A stretch of 63,961 nucleotides of DNA, filler included, from Dimargaris cristalligena (GCA_003614675.1; 4 parts of 4 records of this genome joined end to end with filler, not necessarily neighbours in it), one strand, 5' to 3'; counted from the first letter of the whole stretch, positions 23,918-37,649 are shown. The notes: generated by a model not told the origin, from the letters alone. A program made the numbers and translations.

Positions 23918-26680
23918 ATGAAAACGTTTGACAAAAGCGGTATGGACCCCTACAATTCCACGCACCTCTATCACAAGCATGAAGCCAGTCCCTTCCAGCC
24001 CACGGGGTTGGTTCGCAAACTAGAGCGCTCCTTCGCTGATAGTCTTTGGACCCAGGAGACCAACATGCAGCTGCACTGTTACCAACGCCATTTCTTCAAC
24101 AAACGTAGGTGTGCCCACTTGTGCCATTGTCCAAATTGTCCCTTCTTTCGCATTATTCGTGGGTTGGTGGAAGTAACTTCTGACGTATTTCCCTTCCCAG
24201 GCCGCGCCCCTTCCATTGTCGTTTACCCTCACTGTATAGGTTCCTAATCTAACTAGCTCCGACTATGCTTTGCTCTGATGACCTTTTTCGCACCAATCCT
24301 GGCCATGTTATAATACCCGCGTGGCTTCCGTTGGTTCGCGTGTTCGGCGGGCTTCCGTAATAACCACATACCCTTCTATCGTCCCTGTCCCCCGACTGGA
24401 CCAAAGCAGCCCATTTCAACTACATTAGTCGGACCCCCAACGACCGGCCTTGCTGTGTGTCAATTTACATCGACTCGGAGAAACAGAACGTACACTACCT
24501 TATACGCACCCACAAGGTAAGTTACGCAATGGCGACTCACACGCATCATCATCATCGAATAACCCTTCACTACTTCAGGGAGGAGCCCCAAAAATACTAT
24601 ACTGTTACCGTAATTCACCCGCTTTTTCCCCTTTGTATGACCACCGTGGCCATCAATTCCCATCGGCTTGACTAATTTTCTGGTTGGGGGACACCGTGCT
24701 CGGATACTAGGGCTACCAACATATATGTGTACCACTCATCGATATCCCCCGTCCGGGCTGGAGGTATTGGCTGACCTTAGGCCGCTCGCAACGTTTCCTC
24801 CTTGCGCCTATTGACCACATTGTTTCCATCGACAACCTTCTACTATGTCGGACAGAACCACTGCCCCAGCTATTGCTCACCATGGAGGAAAAACTGGTAA
24901 GTGCCCTCGCCCTCCACCCAATAACTGAAGTTTTCAACGCCATGTGCTAGTTTAGGCAGGTACTTGTTTTCCCACTCCGCCCTTGATTATTCCCTTCGTT
25001 TATCTTGGGGGATCTCGTCTCCGATCGCCTGAAAATTGGTATATTACTTTGTATTATAAGTCGATCCTCACCCCTCAGCATCGGTTTCCCCCTTTATCAC
25101 ACGATCGCTTCACTCAAATAGACGATGCTACAGTTTAAAGCAGGCTTAATGTACCTAGGACCAGGCAAATCCACTGCCCATGATGCCCTGAGTGCGACTA
25201 TTGGTAAGTGATGCTTTAATCCCTTCGAGGATCCCCTGGCCTTTCTTGGAACAGCGCTCGCGGTCGTAACGCGTCCCCCCTCTTATACTTAGATAAGCAT
25301 CACACGAAGAACTCTGCACAAGAGCAAAGTCTAAATCCCTTTTGTATTACCTGTATTTTTTATATTCTCCGTCACGTTAGACGAAGTCTCATCCGGCTTT
25401 CTGGAATTCATGTGGTTTCTTGGGGATATTGTCGAATTAAGCGGCTGGTCGCGCTATAGGGCTGGTCTCGACGCTGAAAGTAAGTCCTCATTGTTGGGTA
25501 CAATCCATAAACCGATTAGGCCTTTATATTGATGTATGATGTCTTGTTTTTCGCTCGATCCGACCACGCTCTGGTCCAATTTTCACGAATTGGCGATGTC
25601 ATTCAAATAGGAGTTAAATCGCCCCTTTCACTCGATTATGGACCTATCTAAGCCTGTGCATAAGTGAAGCTTGTCTAACGCGGCTCAATTCCATTTTTAT
25701 ATATACGGTGTAGAGGGTACGACCGGCCATTATTCGCTGTACACCAACCACAGCGACTACGAAATTATGTTTCATGTCGCGCCTCTACTGCCCTTCAACC
25801 CCATTGACTTCCAGCGGATCGAACGAAAGCGACACATTGGGAATGATATTCTAGTTATTGTGTACCACGACAGTGAGCTGCCGTACGACATCTCCACCAT
25901 CACCTCTAAACAGAACCACATCATCTGTATCGTCAAGCCTGAACAAAACCAATACAGGTAAGCTGGACTTCACCTTTACCCTCGCCCTCTTGCATGTGTG
26001 ACCATGGGTTGGGCCTTACACCCAACCATTAGTGGGTCGGCCGAGCGATGTCTTTATGCTAAGGGGCACTTCGACCCATCCTGGCTAACATATAGTTAAT
26101 GGCCCCTCCCATTAAGGTTTTTGGATAATTTAGTTCCTTAGTCCAGACTGGCTAATTCCGTGTACTATACCAATAATTGCCCCCTTTTTGCAAACCAACC
26201 CGACCCAACTACCCAGAGTCGAATTCTTAGCTCGGGAGTCTGTGCCATCGTTCGGTCCGCTCTGGAGCGCCCCTTTCCACTTATCCCAAAATAACCAATC
26301 GCGTGAACTATTCCTCGAGAAATGTAAGTTATATATTCAATGTCCGGTTTTTAATTATTCTCGGCTTTGCCACTCCATCGACACCCGGGCATTAGCGCTT
26401 GCTATTGAGTAGAACCTGGCGGATGGCTTATACTAATATTCTGATTGACGAACCGTATAATTTTTAAATTAATATTGACCCCTCCTGAATATGAATCTAT
26501 ATACTTTACTCTGATATTCTCGCATCAATAGGTATTAGTGGTATTAAGGCAGCCTATACAGCACCGGCCTTTAGTGACAAGATTCAAAAAACGAGGTTAG
26601 CGATGCTGCAGGGAATTCATCAGCAGTGCCTCCCTAATTCATTATCTGCCCGCTCCCGTTTTGCTACTAGTTTGTTTTGA
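23918..26680 (+). CDS. Rap/Ran-GAP domain protein, compact Rap1GAP-like
   Basis: Multi-exon. Motifs YQRHFFNKPHFNY, FKAGLMY, FLEFMWFLGDIVELSGWSRYRAGLD, TGHYSLYT, YEIMFHVAPLLP, ERKRHIGNDILVIVY and AAYTAPAFSDKIQKTR. Internal exon boundaries are approximate. Confidence 0.88.
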
Positions 26681-28015
26681 AAGCTATTGGTTTGGTCTAT
26701 GTCACTGACGTGAAATAGATGCGGTTCTTTTTTATGCCCAATCTCGGGCAGTCACGCTTATACTTTGACATATGCATTATACCATACCCTCATTCAGCAT
26801 ATCTTTTACTGCCCCATTATTGCACAATTTATGATTACCACCTTTTTAACTCTATGATTTTTGTATTTATTATTAACCATGTGAATATATCTGGTCCAGT
26901 AAACATTCTTTACTACCTCGATTAAATAAATTTTGCTGTTTTGACTGTATTTGCCTAATATTTTTGCGGCTTCGCTATTTTCCTCATGTGTCTAACTGGT
27001 AGGCTTGGATGAACCGCACTACTTATAAATCTGGCCATTCTAAAGTAATAGTATATTAAAGTATTGGTTGTTTTAGATGGGCCACTTTAACCGATGATAA
27101 ATGCAGGGGCTGCTAAATTATGGGTGAACTACATAATGTAGCTTTGTAGCTTGCTGCCGGACCCCTCAGTGACCTGGTTAGCCAGAATCCCCGCCGTCTG
27201 GCTTGTAAATCTCCTGAAGATTGCTCTGTACTTCAAGGCCATTATAACTTTTAAAGGCTAGTGTATATATCTTGAATGAGGCGATTACCATTGGTCTAGC
27301 TGTGAGGGGAATGCAGGTTATTTAAAATTGGATCCAATGGCACATGGTGCATAGCGTGATGAGGAAATATTGTCCAAGGGCCATCCATGAAGTATTACCA
27401 CGCCCCTCTTTTCGACTGATAAGCCTCGTAGGTGATTGCTACTAATAATAGATATTAATATGATTAATGGCGTCGCTCAAAAGGAACCCCCCCTCCCCCA
27501 TAATCTAAAAGAAGGGGGCTTTTAGGTTTAAGAAGCGTGGCCAATTTATCAATGTATTTACACTGCCCCCCTGCTCAAATTCGGCCGGCTAGTTTATTCC
27601 GGGTCGCTTCTGGCCAAACACTGCCATACGTGCACTATTCTATATTGGGAAAATGCACAGCATGCCGTAGGGATAAGGTTGATTGGCCATGTCCCGTTTG
27701 GCAGCCACCGAATATTACGAACATATTATTTAATTTGTTCAACTTGGCCGGGAAATTGGCAATGGTTCTCACAGTAAAGTTAGCCACAAAATCACTAAAA
27801 CTAAGGGATTAGCTATTTCATTAGCAATATCGGTTCGTATAGCGGTGGTTTTTCTGTATTATGGCACATATATAAATTCAGTTCAGCGGCACCCTCCCAC
27901 CAATCCAGATAGAACGTACATTGGTTGTCAGCCATTCGTATCTATATTTTATATAACCGGTGCACCATAGATCTATTTTATACGCTATTCATCATTAAAT
28001 TCCGTTTCCCCAATT

Positions 28016-30145
28016 ATGCGGTCGGCCACTATTCTTTCAATCGCGCTCGGTGCGCTGTGCGCCCGCACTTCCGCCCAGGACGACTTTATGACCTCCGCCT
28101 ACCGCAACATAGTTCCCGGACTTCCCCACGCCGTGGCCGATTTCCAGCCCACCGACATCATGGGGGGTCTAGCCGAAGCGACCAGTCCGGTAGACAAGGC
28201 CCTCAAGTTTGCCACGGAAACCTTCCGGTTGGCCGACAATCAGTTGGTGGTCAAGAATTCCTACACCAGTACCGATACCGGGATTAGCCACGTTTACCTG
28301 CGCCAAATGGTGGGTGGTTTCGAAATCGATAATGCCGATATGAATATTAACATTGACCAGGAAGGTAAGGTGATTTCGTACGGGTCAACCTTTTTGGCGG
28401 GTGACCACGAACAAATCCTTAGTTTGGTGGGGGACCGTCCCCTGGAGAATCAGGCGGATGCGCACCATGGACCAAAAACCCCCAAGATCAATTCTTTGGC
28501 AGCCTTGAATGCCGTGCTGACCAAAGTGGGATTACCCGATTTGGGTAAAACTGAGTTGAAGGAAACGCACTCGAAAGATGAAAACGGCCAGGCGGTGATT
28601 ACATACGCTAAAGTGCCCGGTAGTGTCGACGATCACACGACCCTGAGCTTATCCTACCTGATCACCGGGCGGGGTCGGGTCGAGCCAGTCTGGGACGTGG
28701 TTCTCCATACCGTGGATGACTGGTACAACGCCCACGTTTCCCGCGCCTCCGGCGAAGTGGTGGCCATGGTAAGCTGGAAATCCCATGTGTCCTACAACAT
28801 TTACGGAATCGGTAATTCGAATCCCCTGCGCGGTATTCGTAAAATGACTGCCAATCCTGCCGATATCAAGGCGTCCCCCAAGGGCTGGCACGACAACGGG
28901 GTCGCCCCTCCATTTAACGACACGATGGGTAACAATGTGTTGGCCCAGGAGGATCAGGCCGGTACGTTTGAGTGGACCAATAAGAAGCGCCCCAGTGCCG
29001 GAAAGGACATGGTGTTCGATTTCCCCATTGACTTTAAGAAGATTCCCGCCAAGTACACCGATGCTTCGGTAGTGAACTTGTTTTACTGGAGCAATCTTAT
29101 CCATGACTTGTATTACCGCTTCGGGTTTGACGAGGAGGCTGGTAATTTCCAGGATAACAATTTTAGCAAAGGGGGGCGCAGTGATGACGGCGTGTTGGCC
29201 TTTGCCCAAAGCGGTAAAGGGTAAGTATTTATTAGTGCTATGTTAAACATATGGGTGTTTGGTTAAAACATTCCTAAATTCCATAGACAGTCTAACGGGC
29301 GCGTATTAGGCTATGATCTAGCACCCCACCTTCCAGTTTAAATTTATTTGCCGGTAATACCCTATCTAAATGAACGATCGTATCTAACCATTGCTACTTC
29401 ACCGTATTCCATTAGCATGAATGACGCCTGGTTTGTGACCCCTCCGGATGGTTCCCGCCCCACCATGAATATCTATAATTTCAACATGACCACTCCCCTC
29501 CGCGACGCCTCGCTCGACGCCGACATTATTATTCACGAATACACGCACGGAGTCTCCACGCGCCTAACGGGGGGTCCCGCCAACAGCAACTGCCTCTCCA
29601 CCCCTGAAGCCGCCGGCCTCGGGGAAGGATGGAGCGACGCGCTGGCCCTTCTCCTCCAACTAAAGAGTACCGACACGCGCGAAACGAACTACGGCATCGG
29701 GGCCTACGTGAGCGACCGCGCCGAAGGTTTACGCAAATATGTATATTCCACGTCCGTGGAGGAAAACCCGAACCAGTACAACAGTCTCAACGGCTGGACA
29801 ACCCCCGAGGTGCACATCACGGGCGAGGTGTGGGCCAGTATTCTGTATGAGGTGATTTGGAATATGGTCGACACGGCCGGGTTCGAAAAGAACTTGGGGA
29901 ATGCGACGGCGGAGGCGGGCAACATTCTGGTCATTCGGTATATTATTAATGGTATGAAACTACAGCCTTGTAATCCGACGTTCTTGGCCGCCCGGGATGC
30001 CATTATCCAGGCGGAAGGCGCCATTACGAAGGGTAAATACAAGTGTCAGCTGTGGAAGGGCTTCGCTAAGCGTGGTCTGGGGCATCGGGCCACTAATGTT
30101 CTGGGTGTTCGGTTCAACAGCTATACTGTTCCGGCCGACTGCTAA
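28016..30145 (+). CDS. Fungalysin (M36) extracellular metalloprotease, 644 aa
   Basis: Exons 28016-29220 and 29416-30145. Signal peptide, FTP propeptide (TGISHVYLRQ...NADMNINID), SPKGWH, GFDEEAGNFQ, zinc motif HEYTH, EGWSD, GMKLQPCNPTF, WKGFAKRGLG. Confidence 0.96.
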
Positions 30146-31559
30146 ATTGAGGGGAGTTGGAGGCCGTCCCCTTTCCCCTTGCTGCCTGGGGGGTAATGCT
30201 CCTAAGTCAGTACTCTATTTCTCGGCCGCCCTTTTGCCCCGAGCTCTAGTTACACTTTATTTTTTTATCCTTTCCCTAGCTTTATTTTAAATCTTGATCT
30301 GGGTTTTCAGAGTTACTACTATGCCTGAAATATAGCCGCTTTGGGTCAAATATATAAACCTGTCTTATACAATTGGACATGTGTGTTCATGAAGGAAGAG
30401 TAAAGAGGGTGGTGGTAATCGAGATATAGCCTCAGGTAACGAGCGTACATGTGTATGCAGAACTTGTAAATAATATATTCCGCAGTGTATTTGATTCCTA
30501 CAGCGAGGGACCGGTGAGGGACTTTGGTCTTGTTGGATCTTCAAGGATCCCCTGAAGTCACCGGGATTTCCAATTATAAATCATAAATAAATAAGATATT
30601 TCCAACTACAACTATCTATATTTGCTATTTTGCCGGTTTTTTTTTTTAGAAATCCCGGCAGTTTAAATTTGATAGACAGAGATTGGAGCCAAGGGTTAGC
30701 CACCACCCACTACCTCCAGTGTCAGGAGATGGCATTATTAGTCAGCTACCGTCTGCCCCAGCGTGACTAATGAAATGACCTCATGGTTTATTAGATCTTA
30801 GTAGGTTATATAAGCAGAGGACTGGTACTATATACCGCGCGTGACCGGGAAGGAGCGATTTCCTGTAGTCGAGGGTCCCCCGAAAGGGGAGGGGGGACTT
30901 CATCCGGGGGCTCCCCTACGGTGGGCCAAGACCCAATAAAAAGGCTGTCAGGTAAGGGAGGATATAGGGGTCACCGGGATGGCCCATTACCCCTGAAGTT
31001 GTCAGCCCCAGGGTTTTGACGAACCTTAGTATCCCTAAAAGACCAGTATTCTAGTTAACACAGTTTCTCTCTGGCGCTTATTTTCCAAGAGTGATGACCT
31101 GATCAGCTACTGTTAGATTAGTAGTGATGTTGGTTATCTAGCTCTCTACAGCTTTTTATGTAATCGGTTCTTGAATGTAACCATGTATTAAAGTTAGGTG
31201 CAATAATTTTTTAAGTCAAATAGGGTTATACCACGATGTTATAGAATGGTCTTTCAGCAGTTATTGTAAAGCTATATTTATCCAATGGAATGTTTTGTGC
31301 TCGACTTTGGACTAAACACTACGAATGACGATAGGCCAACCGGATTTGCCGGCGCTGTATAAAATACTAACATTTTCACTCACAAATAAGTGGAATCAAT
31401 CATTCGACAACAGACCTCATATACAATAATCCCGTATTTACCCAAACGAGCATCATTTTTGGTGCATTTTGATTATACAGCAGCTTTTCTCTCAATTAAC
31501 GATAACAACCTTGATATTCGATATTGGTATATCTAAAAATTTTATCATTTATTTCCAAC

Positions 31560-32021
31560 ATGCGATCCATCACTACATTTACGCTAGCACTTGCCGCTCT
31601 GGGACTTCTGACCCAAAATGCACAGGCCACCACCACTACCAGCCCCGCCCTGTATAAGCGCTCGTTCTTCTCCCCTGACCTCTCCCATGCAGTATTCGAA
31701 ACCGTGCTGACTTCCGAGTCCTCCGCGGGCCTGCTGCCCACGGCCGATGGGCCGGTGCAAGTAGCCGTTAAATTCGCCGCCGCCAAGTACTCCTTGACCG
31801 AAGACCAAATGGTCGTTCGGGATTTCTACACCAGTGAGGATACCGGCATCAGCCACGTTTACCTGCGCCAACGCATCGAATCGGCCGAAATTAGTAACGC
31901 AGATATGAACATTAACGTGGACGACAACGGTAACATCATTTCCTACGGGTCGACGTTTGTGGCTTCGCCCGCGACTAATTTGGCCGTGGATCAGGCAGAC
32001 AATGCCGACTTCCATGCCGTG
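31560..32021 (+). CDS. Second fungalysin (M36), 5' part truncated by the contig end
   Basis: Signal peptide, LYKR, and FTP propeptide TSEDTGISHVYLRQRIESAEISNADMNINVDDNGNIISYGSTF closely matching the upstream paralog. Runs into Ns at 32022. Confidence 0.9.
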
Positions 32022-32121
32022 NNNNNNNNNNNNNNNNNNNNNNNNNNNNNNNNNNNNNNNNNNNNTTAATTAATTAANNNNNNNNNNNNNNNNNNNNNNN
32101 NNNNNNNNNNNNNNNNNNNNN
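32022..32121. other. Assembly spacer (N44-TTAATTAATTAA-N44)
   Basis: Same artificial linker. Confidence 0.98.
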
Positions 32122-32443
32122 AGGCTGAAGAATTCACCCAGTAGTACTTCTACGGAAGTTTGATTATGTTTTAGTTATTTTCAAGTACCCGAGGGCATTA
32201 TTTTGTTTATATTTTTATTTTATCACTATTTATATTGCCTAAAAACATGACACCTGGGGGTGGCCAAATGTGTCTGTTTACACCATATCCCATTAGATCA
32301 GCGTAGTTAAGAGGGTATCAGTAAATTTAGTACTGAGGTGGGATTCCACTTGGGAATAGTTGGTTCTATAACTTTTAATTATTTTTAGTTTCGTTTATAT
32401 AGCTGATATGAAGACAGAGGATTTGGATATTGTATTTTTGAAG

Positions 32444-32587
32444 ATATGGGTGAAGTTCAGCTTGGCTATATAAGGTTTTAGCTGATATGTGCATGGGAAA
32501 ATTGGTGGGATGTTTATTTTCAACTAGTTGTACTTGCCTCATCAAATGGATTTTTCGTTATACAGCCTTGTTGAACTACTCCCATAT
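32444..32587. mobile_element. MITE-like dispersed repeat, copy 3 (144 bp, inverted, more diverged)
   Basis: ATATGGGTGAAGTTCAGCTTGGCTATATAAGG...CGTTATACAGCCTTGTTGAACTACTCCCATAT. The ends match each other at about 25 of 32 positions, and the element aligns with the reverse complement of copies 1 and 2. Confidence 0.65.
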
Positions 32588-32728
32588 GTAATAAGTATAA
32601 AAAAAAATACATGTAAAATTGTTTATTCATAAGGTAATAATATTTACAAATTGACAGTAATATAGTATAGTTAATACTACTATTTCGCCCGCCTAAGCTA
32701 TTTTAAAATGCGGCCACTTGAGAGTCAG

Positions 32729-33696
32729 CTACCTGGTAGTATTCAGGGGGTCTTCTTTTCGTTTCTGCAATTGTACACCGCGTCGAAGTTGCCAAGTAAT
32801 GGTCCAGCTACTTGTGATTACTACGTTGTTGTGTAAAGTTAGGAGGAAATAACACGTAGGTTGAGGGTAACATGTGATGTTAGTAATGATGGATACAGTG
32901 GCAAATGTATGCCATATTAATGAATTAATATCATGTACTCCGCATAAAACCCTAATGGCCAGTATGCTATAAAAAGAATCAAGGTTAGGCCGGTATTTTA
33001 GGTACACTTACTCGATAGCACTAAAAAGGTTGTTAGATAGGTATTGATAAACTCGATAAATTCGGCCAACCCAGCTATGACTCGTACTAAAGTGGTCGCA
33101 ATCCAGAAAAAAGCTCCATCCAGAAACAGAATAACGAACAGACTGGACTGCCGCGCCCGATGGGCCCGCATAATATTGATTAAGAACTGCCACGATACCA
33201 GGCAATTGAAGAGGAGGTCACACGCCACGAACAACGTGGTGCTGATCCGCTCAAAGGCGGAGGTGCACTGAAAATCGAGAACCTCCGATTGGATATGGAC
33301 CATACTCACCGCGACGATGTGGAAACCCACCAAAAGGCACTGTAAACCGTACATGAAGTAGAGAAACCACGGGGCCATATTACTGGCGTAATATGCTTTG
33401 GTAATGATAATGAAGCCCGAAAAGGTGTTGGATACAATATGGATTATGTAGAAAACGGCGGCAAAACCGAGACAGGGCAAGCGGACGTAGTCACGAAGGA
33501 GAATAACGATGGATAATAGGGCGATGATTAGGTTCATGGTAAAACACTGTAAGTGGACGGACTGCCGGGTTTGGTGGAGGGTCCGGGACGATACAAAGAG
33601 GGCGTAGCCCATGATAAGCGCCATGACGGCGGATGCGGACCGCGAAGCACCAGTGACCAGGATAAGGTCGTTGTTTATCTGGAACTCCTCGGACAT
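32729..33696 (-). CDS. Multi-pass (approximately 7TM) membrane protein, GPCR-like, ~258 aa
   Basis: Exons 33696-33012 and 32820-32729. About seven hydrophobic segments, Cys at the top of TM3 (LPCLG) and in the second extracellular loop (FQCTS), and a short basic tail. Confidence 0.7.
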
Positions 33697-35385
33697 GGTA
33701 TATCAATCGATTTATAGTAATATCAAGGGGAAATAAAAAATACACAAGTAGACTATCTAAGTAAATAAAACGACTAAAAAAGGGTGGATCGGGATGGATA
33801 ATACATGCGAATAACGAAAGTACGTATCAATTAATGCGTAGGCCCACAGGCTGAATAGTAGCAGATTTCGAAGGAAGGGCGGTGTGTGTTCTAGTGTTTG
33901 TTTACCACCCGGACCTGCTGGAGACCAACTGAAATATACCAGCCTGGCCATTGGCAGATGTAACAAAGGGGGGGGGGCTAAGGAAAAAAGGGGGGTTGCT
34001 GTAGTGTTGAGATTAAGAAAAAAACAGTGAATAGTATCTTGGAGTTAGTAATGGCTAGAGAATCGTGTAAAGGATCGGCTAAGTGGACTGTACATCTAGC
34101 TATATATACTTGCGGATATAGGTAAAAGACTAGCAATGTTTAGAAATTAGTTGGTGTGAATAGGTGGGACGACCAAACGCAGGGGAAAGGAAAAAGGCGA
34201 GGCATCGTGGAGATCAACCGGGGAAGGTGCGTGCTGTGACAAGCCCAAAAGGGGTTCATTTTTAACACACGGTTCCTGTTGTAGTGTAGCCATTACCGGC
34301 TCATTCACATCATTGAATTGGACTAATGCGGACCAGCCTAAAATCCTTCTCAACCATCTCACTTACCAGCCGTGGTAGCCCGGAAATTCTGGTGTTACAG
34401 TGCACTTTATTAATTCACAGCCCCGGACCAGTGGCCCGCTTACGCTGCCTTTTAACGAACTTAGTCATTCTAGGGAGGTTGGTGCGATGCATTGTTGTAG
34501 CTAGAACTTTCCTACTCTTTGATTGCATTAAATATACCGATGCTTGTTAATATATATATATTCTAGATAATTCACTAGGCTGGGGTCAGAGGAGAAAAAA
34601 AAGGGGGAATCAGGTAAGGAGTTCAGGACAGGTCTTTTTCTTTGCTATACATAGCTGTAGGGGGTCGCTTATTCTGTTGTGGGCGGGGTTAATCGAGTGT
34701 CAGTTATTCTAAGCGAATCTTTGCAGAAAAAATACCACCAAATATCGTAAAAGTAGTAGCGGCGATCATTTAAGGAGAATTGACCTTCAAAGACCGCCAA
34801 ACTTACCATGGTTCCTCAGTTTCTCCAGATGCACCAGGCTGAAACCAAGAGACCAAATACTTAATGGCCACCCAGGCCGAGAATTAACTGTTATGGTACA
34901 CCCAAGGTTATTGTAATTATAGTCACACCCATTGAAGCTCGTTGTCAGAATTTGAATTCATACCAATGGAAGAAACCAGCCAACGTTTAATAAACCAAAA
35001 TCTAGTGCCATACTATCTAATTTCAATACGTCCATTACGATTATTCAGCGATTCTGAAGCACCTTTAGTGTGTATTTTTAGGGGATGAAGGGGGGAAATA
35101 AAAAGATCAAGTCAAATCGTGCATTGTAGTCCAATACTCGGCTAAGAATCCGAAATATTGATGTTGACACGGTGTCAACAGAATTATGCCATACCAAAAT
35201 TGGGAAGAGGAGGAAGGGGATCGATTCAAAAGGTAATAAAAGCTCCCTGGCGTAAAAGGAAAAAGGGGAGCAAAGTGAATACTATTATTGATACGAGTGA
35301 GAATAATAAGAGTGTGTAAAAAAATACTAATAGGGAAACGAGCCGATGGTAGAAGGGGAGGGAAGAGGTGTATAAGTGTAACGCT

Positions 35386-37649
35386 TTATCCCATCATGGC
35401 CGCATCATTTTCCGACTTCAGCGAGACACGCCCGGCCCGAAGCATTTCATCGACCAACAGCAAGTTACTGGCAATCACCGCACACGAGTGGAGCTGATGG
35501 CGCACCACACGGTAGTTATCCCAGATACCCTCCGTCTTGGGGTCCAGTACCTCGCCGGTCCTCAGGTCCAAACCCACCACATGGCCTTCCTGGTGCTCAT
35601 CCTGCAGCATGACGATGGTATCCTGGGCGTCGTAGCCACCGTTTTGGGCCAGCACTTTAGGGATGACCAGGAGAGCATCAGCGAAGGCCTGGACACCCAT
35701 CTTGGCGCGGCCCTTGATACCGGCCTTGAAGCTGCCGGACAAGTGGGCCGAGCAGGCGATTTGGAAGGCGGCCGCACCGGGGACCAGGTAGGGGTCCTCC
35801 AGGGCATTCTTGACCGCCCGCAGACCGTCACGCACCGCGTCGTTAATCTGGGCGATGGAGTGGGGGTTGGGCCCCTTGATCAGCAGGGTGACGGACTTAG
35901 GGTCCTTGACCTCTTCCACGAAAGTGTACTTGTCCTCTCCCAGCACGTGTTCGTAGACCAGTCCGGCGTAACCCAACACATCGGGGGTCAGGTCCTCGAC
36001 GGAATTTTGGGCCACACCACCGCACACCAGCTGGAGACGCTCCATGTTGCGGCGCTTAGCCCGGCGGAGGGCGAAGATCCCGTTCTTGGCCAGCACATCG
36101 AGGGACAGGGGGTCGATACCCTTCTGGTTGATCAGCACGAAGTTCTTGGGCTTGCCCTCCTCGATGCTGTCGCCACACACCTGGTTCTTGAAGTCCACGA
36201 TCTTGCGCAGCTTAGCGTCCACGAACTTACGTTCCGATTCCACCAGCTTGTCGCGCTGATCAGCGGAGGAGTAGAAGAAACCGGAGTTGACTTCCGTTTT
36301 TTCGTACTCGAGTGACACGTTGAGGGTCAGAATGAAGGCATTCTGCACCCGCTTGGGCATATCGGGGTGACGGGGACCGTGATCCAGGACCAGACCCCGG
36401 ACCAGGCGCGAGTCGGTTTCAGAGCGATGCTGCATCTTCATGACTTCAACCATGTGGAGATCGATGGGTTCGTCGGGGCGCTGGATGGCCAGCACGGCGT
36501 CGACCGAGGCCTCCGTCAGAGTATCGGCCAGGGCTTCTTGGACCTTGGTCCGTAGGGCCGTCCGGGCAACGGAAATAAGTTCTTCGCGGTCCCGCTTGGG
36601 GGTCACGCCAAATTTATCCAGGAAAGCTAGCGCCTCCAGCTTGGCCGCTTCGAAGCCCTCGGTGATAACCCGCGGGTGCAGACCTTCGGAAATGTACCGC
36701 TCAGCCTGTTTCAGAAGCTCACCGACCAGAAGAACGACACCCGTGGTACCGTCACCGGTGATCTCGTCCTGGGCGGTAGCGGCCCGGGCAATCATGGCGG
36801 CGGTGGGGTTTTGGATTTGCTATTCGATTAAAGATATTTAGTCAATAGGATGAAAGCGGCGATCTAGGGTTAGAAAGTAGATACTAGTGGATTAAGAAGT
36901 GTCTAGTTAAAACCAGTCATAATAAGGTTAATGTAGTATCCGTATAAACCCTACCATTTCACTGAGAAGCACTTTGCCGTCTTTGGTGATCTTGATGCCA
37001 CCAGCACCATCCACTAACCTACAATAGAGTAATCGATAATAGTGCAATGAGAAGTAGGGAATAACTATGGGTTAGCGATAGGGAACGACTATATAATTAA
37101 CCCTGGGCAGCAAGTCAAAAGCCTGATTAAATAATCAGAATGGATATTCACTCTCAATAGATGGCCCTATATGTATATTGCAGCATTAATACACCAGCTG
37201 GCTTACATTTTAATGGTTCCCTTGGGGCCCAAGTTAGACTTGAGAACGTCCTGTAGACCGAGGGCGGCGGTGATATTGAGCTGCAAGGCCTGACCCCGGC
37301 GGGCCACCTCAGATTTGGGGTTGATCAGTTGCACAGCAGAAGACGCCCTGTAAGTATAGAGAAACAAGAGGATGGGGATATGTAGAACCAACACCGGGCA
37401 AGGCATGTCGTTAATCAAGATGTCCAGCACAACCGGCTTATCCACTGGAGTGGACCAACCAAAGTCTGACCCTATGGTAGCGGATAGGGTGCATTCCAGA
37501 GGAGTTAGCAGAAGGGGGAGAACAATCCGGGGGTCGGGGGCACGAAAGTTGATCAGGTCTAAATTCTCCGAGGGGTCGGGGCAGCAGTGCTTTCCTCCTC
37601 CCTCGGGTTAGGCAGTGCTGACCGGGGGTAGAAACGGGAGAACCTACAT
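35386..37649 (-). CDS. CCT6: T-complex protein 1 subunit zeta (CCT/TRiC)
   Basis: Exons 37649-37648 (AT of the start codon), 37347-37207, 37018-36955 and 36819-35386. Motifs [57 protein letters not shown]. Confidence 0.97.

Noticed and set aside
35162..35180. Perfect short inverted repeat TGTTGACAC-G-GTGTCAACA downstream of CCT6
   Set aside because: Single 9-bp stem with no second copy or functional context; compatible with chance.
35368..36315. 315-aa plus-strand ORF, and similar antisense ORFs over the fungalysin, MRP4, DUF4436-like and Zn2Cys6 genes
   Set aside because: Antisense shadows of GC3-rich coding sequence, with no recognisable motifs.
37378..37500. Possible H/ACA snoRNA in CCT6 intron 1 (weak hairpin followed by ACA)
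   Set aside because: No convincing H box, and the pairing depends on many G-U pairs. It would need a snoRNA covariance search.
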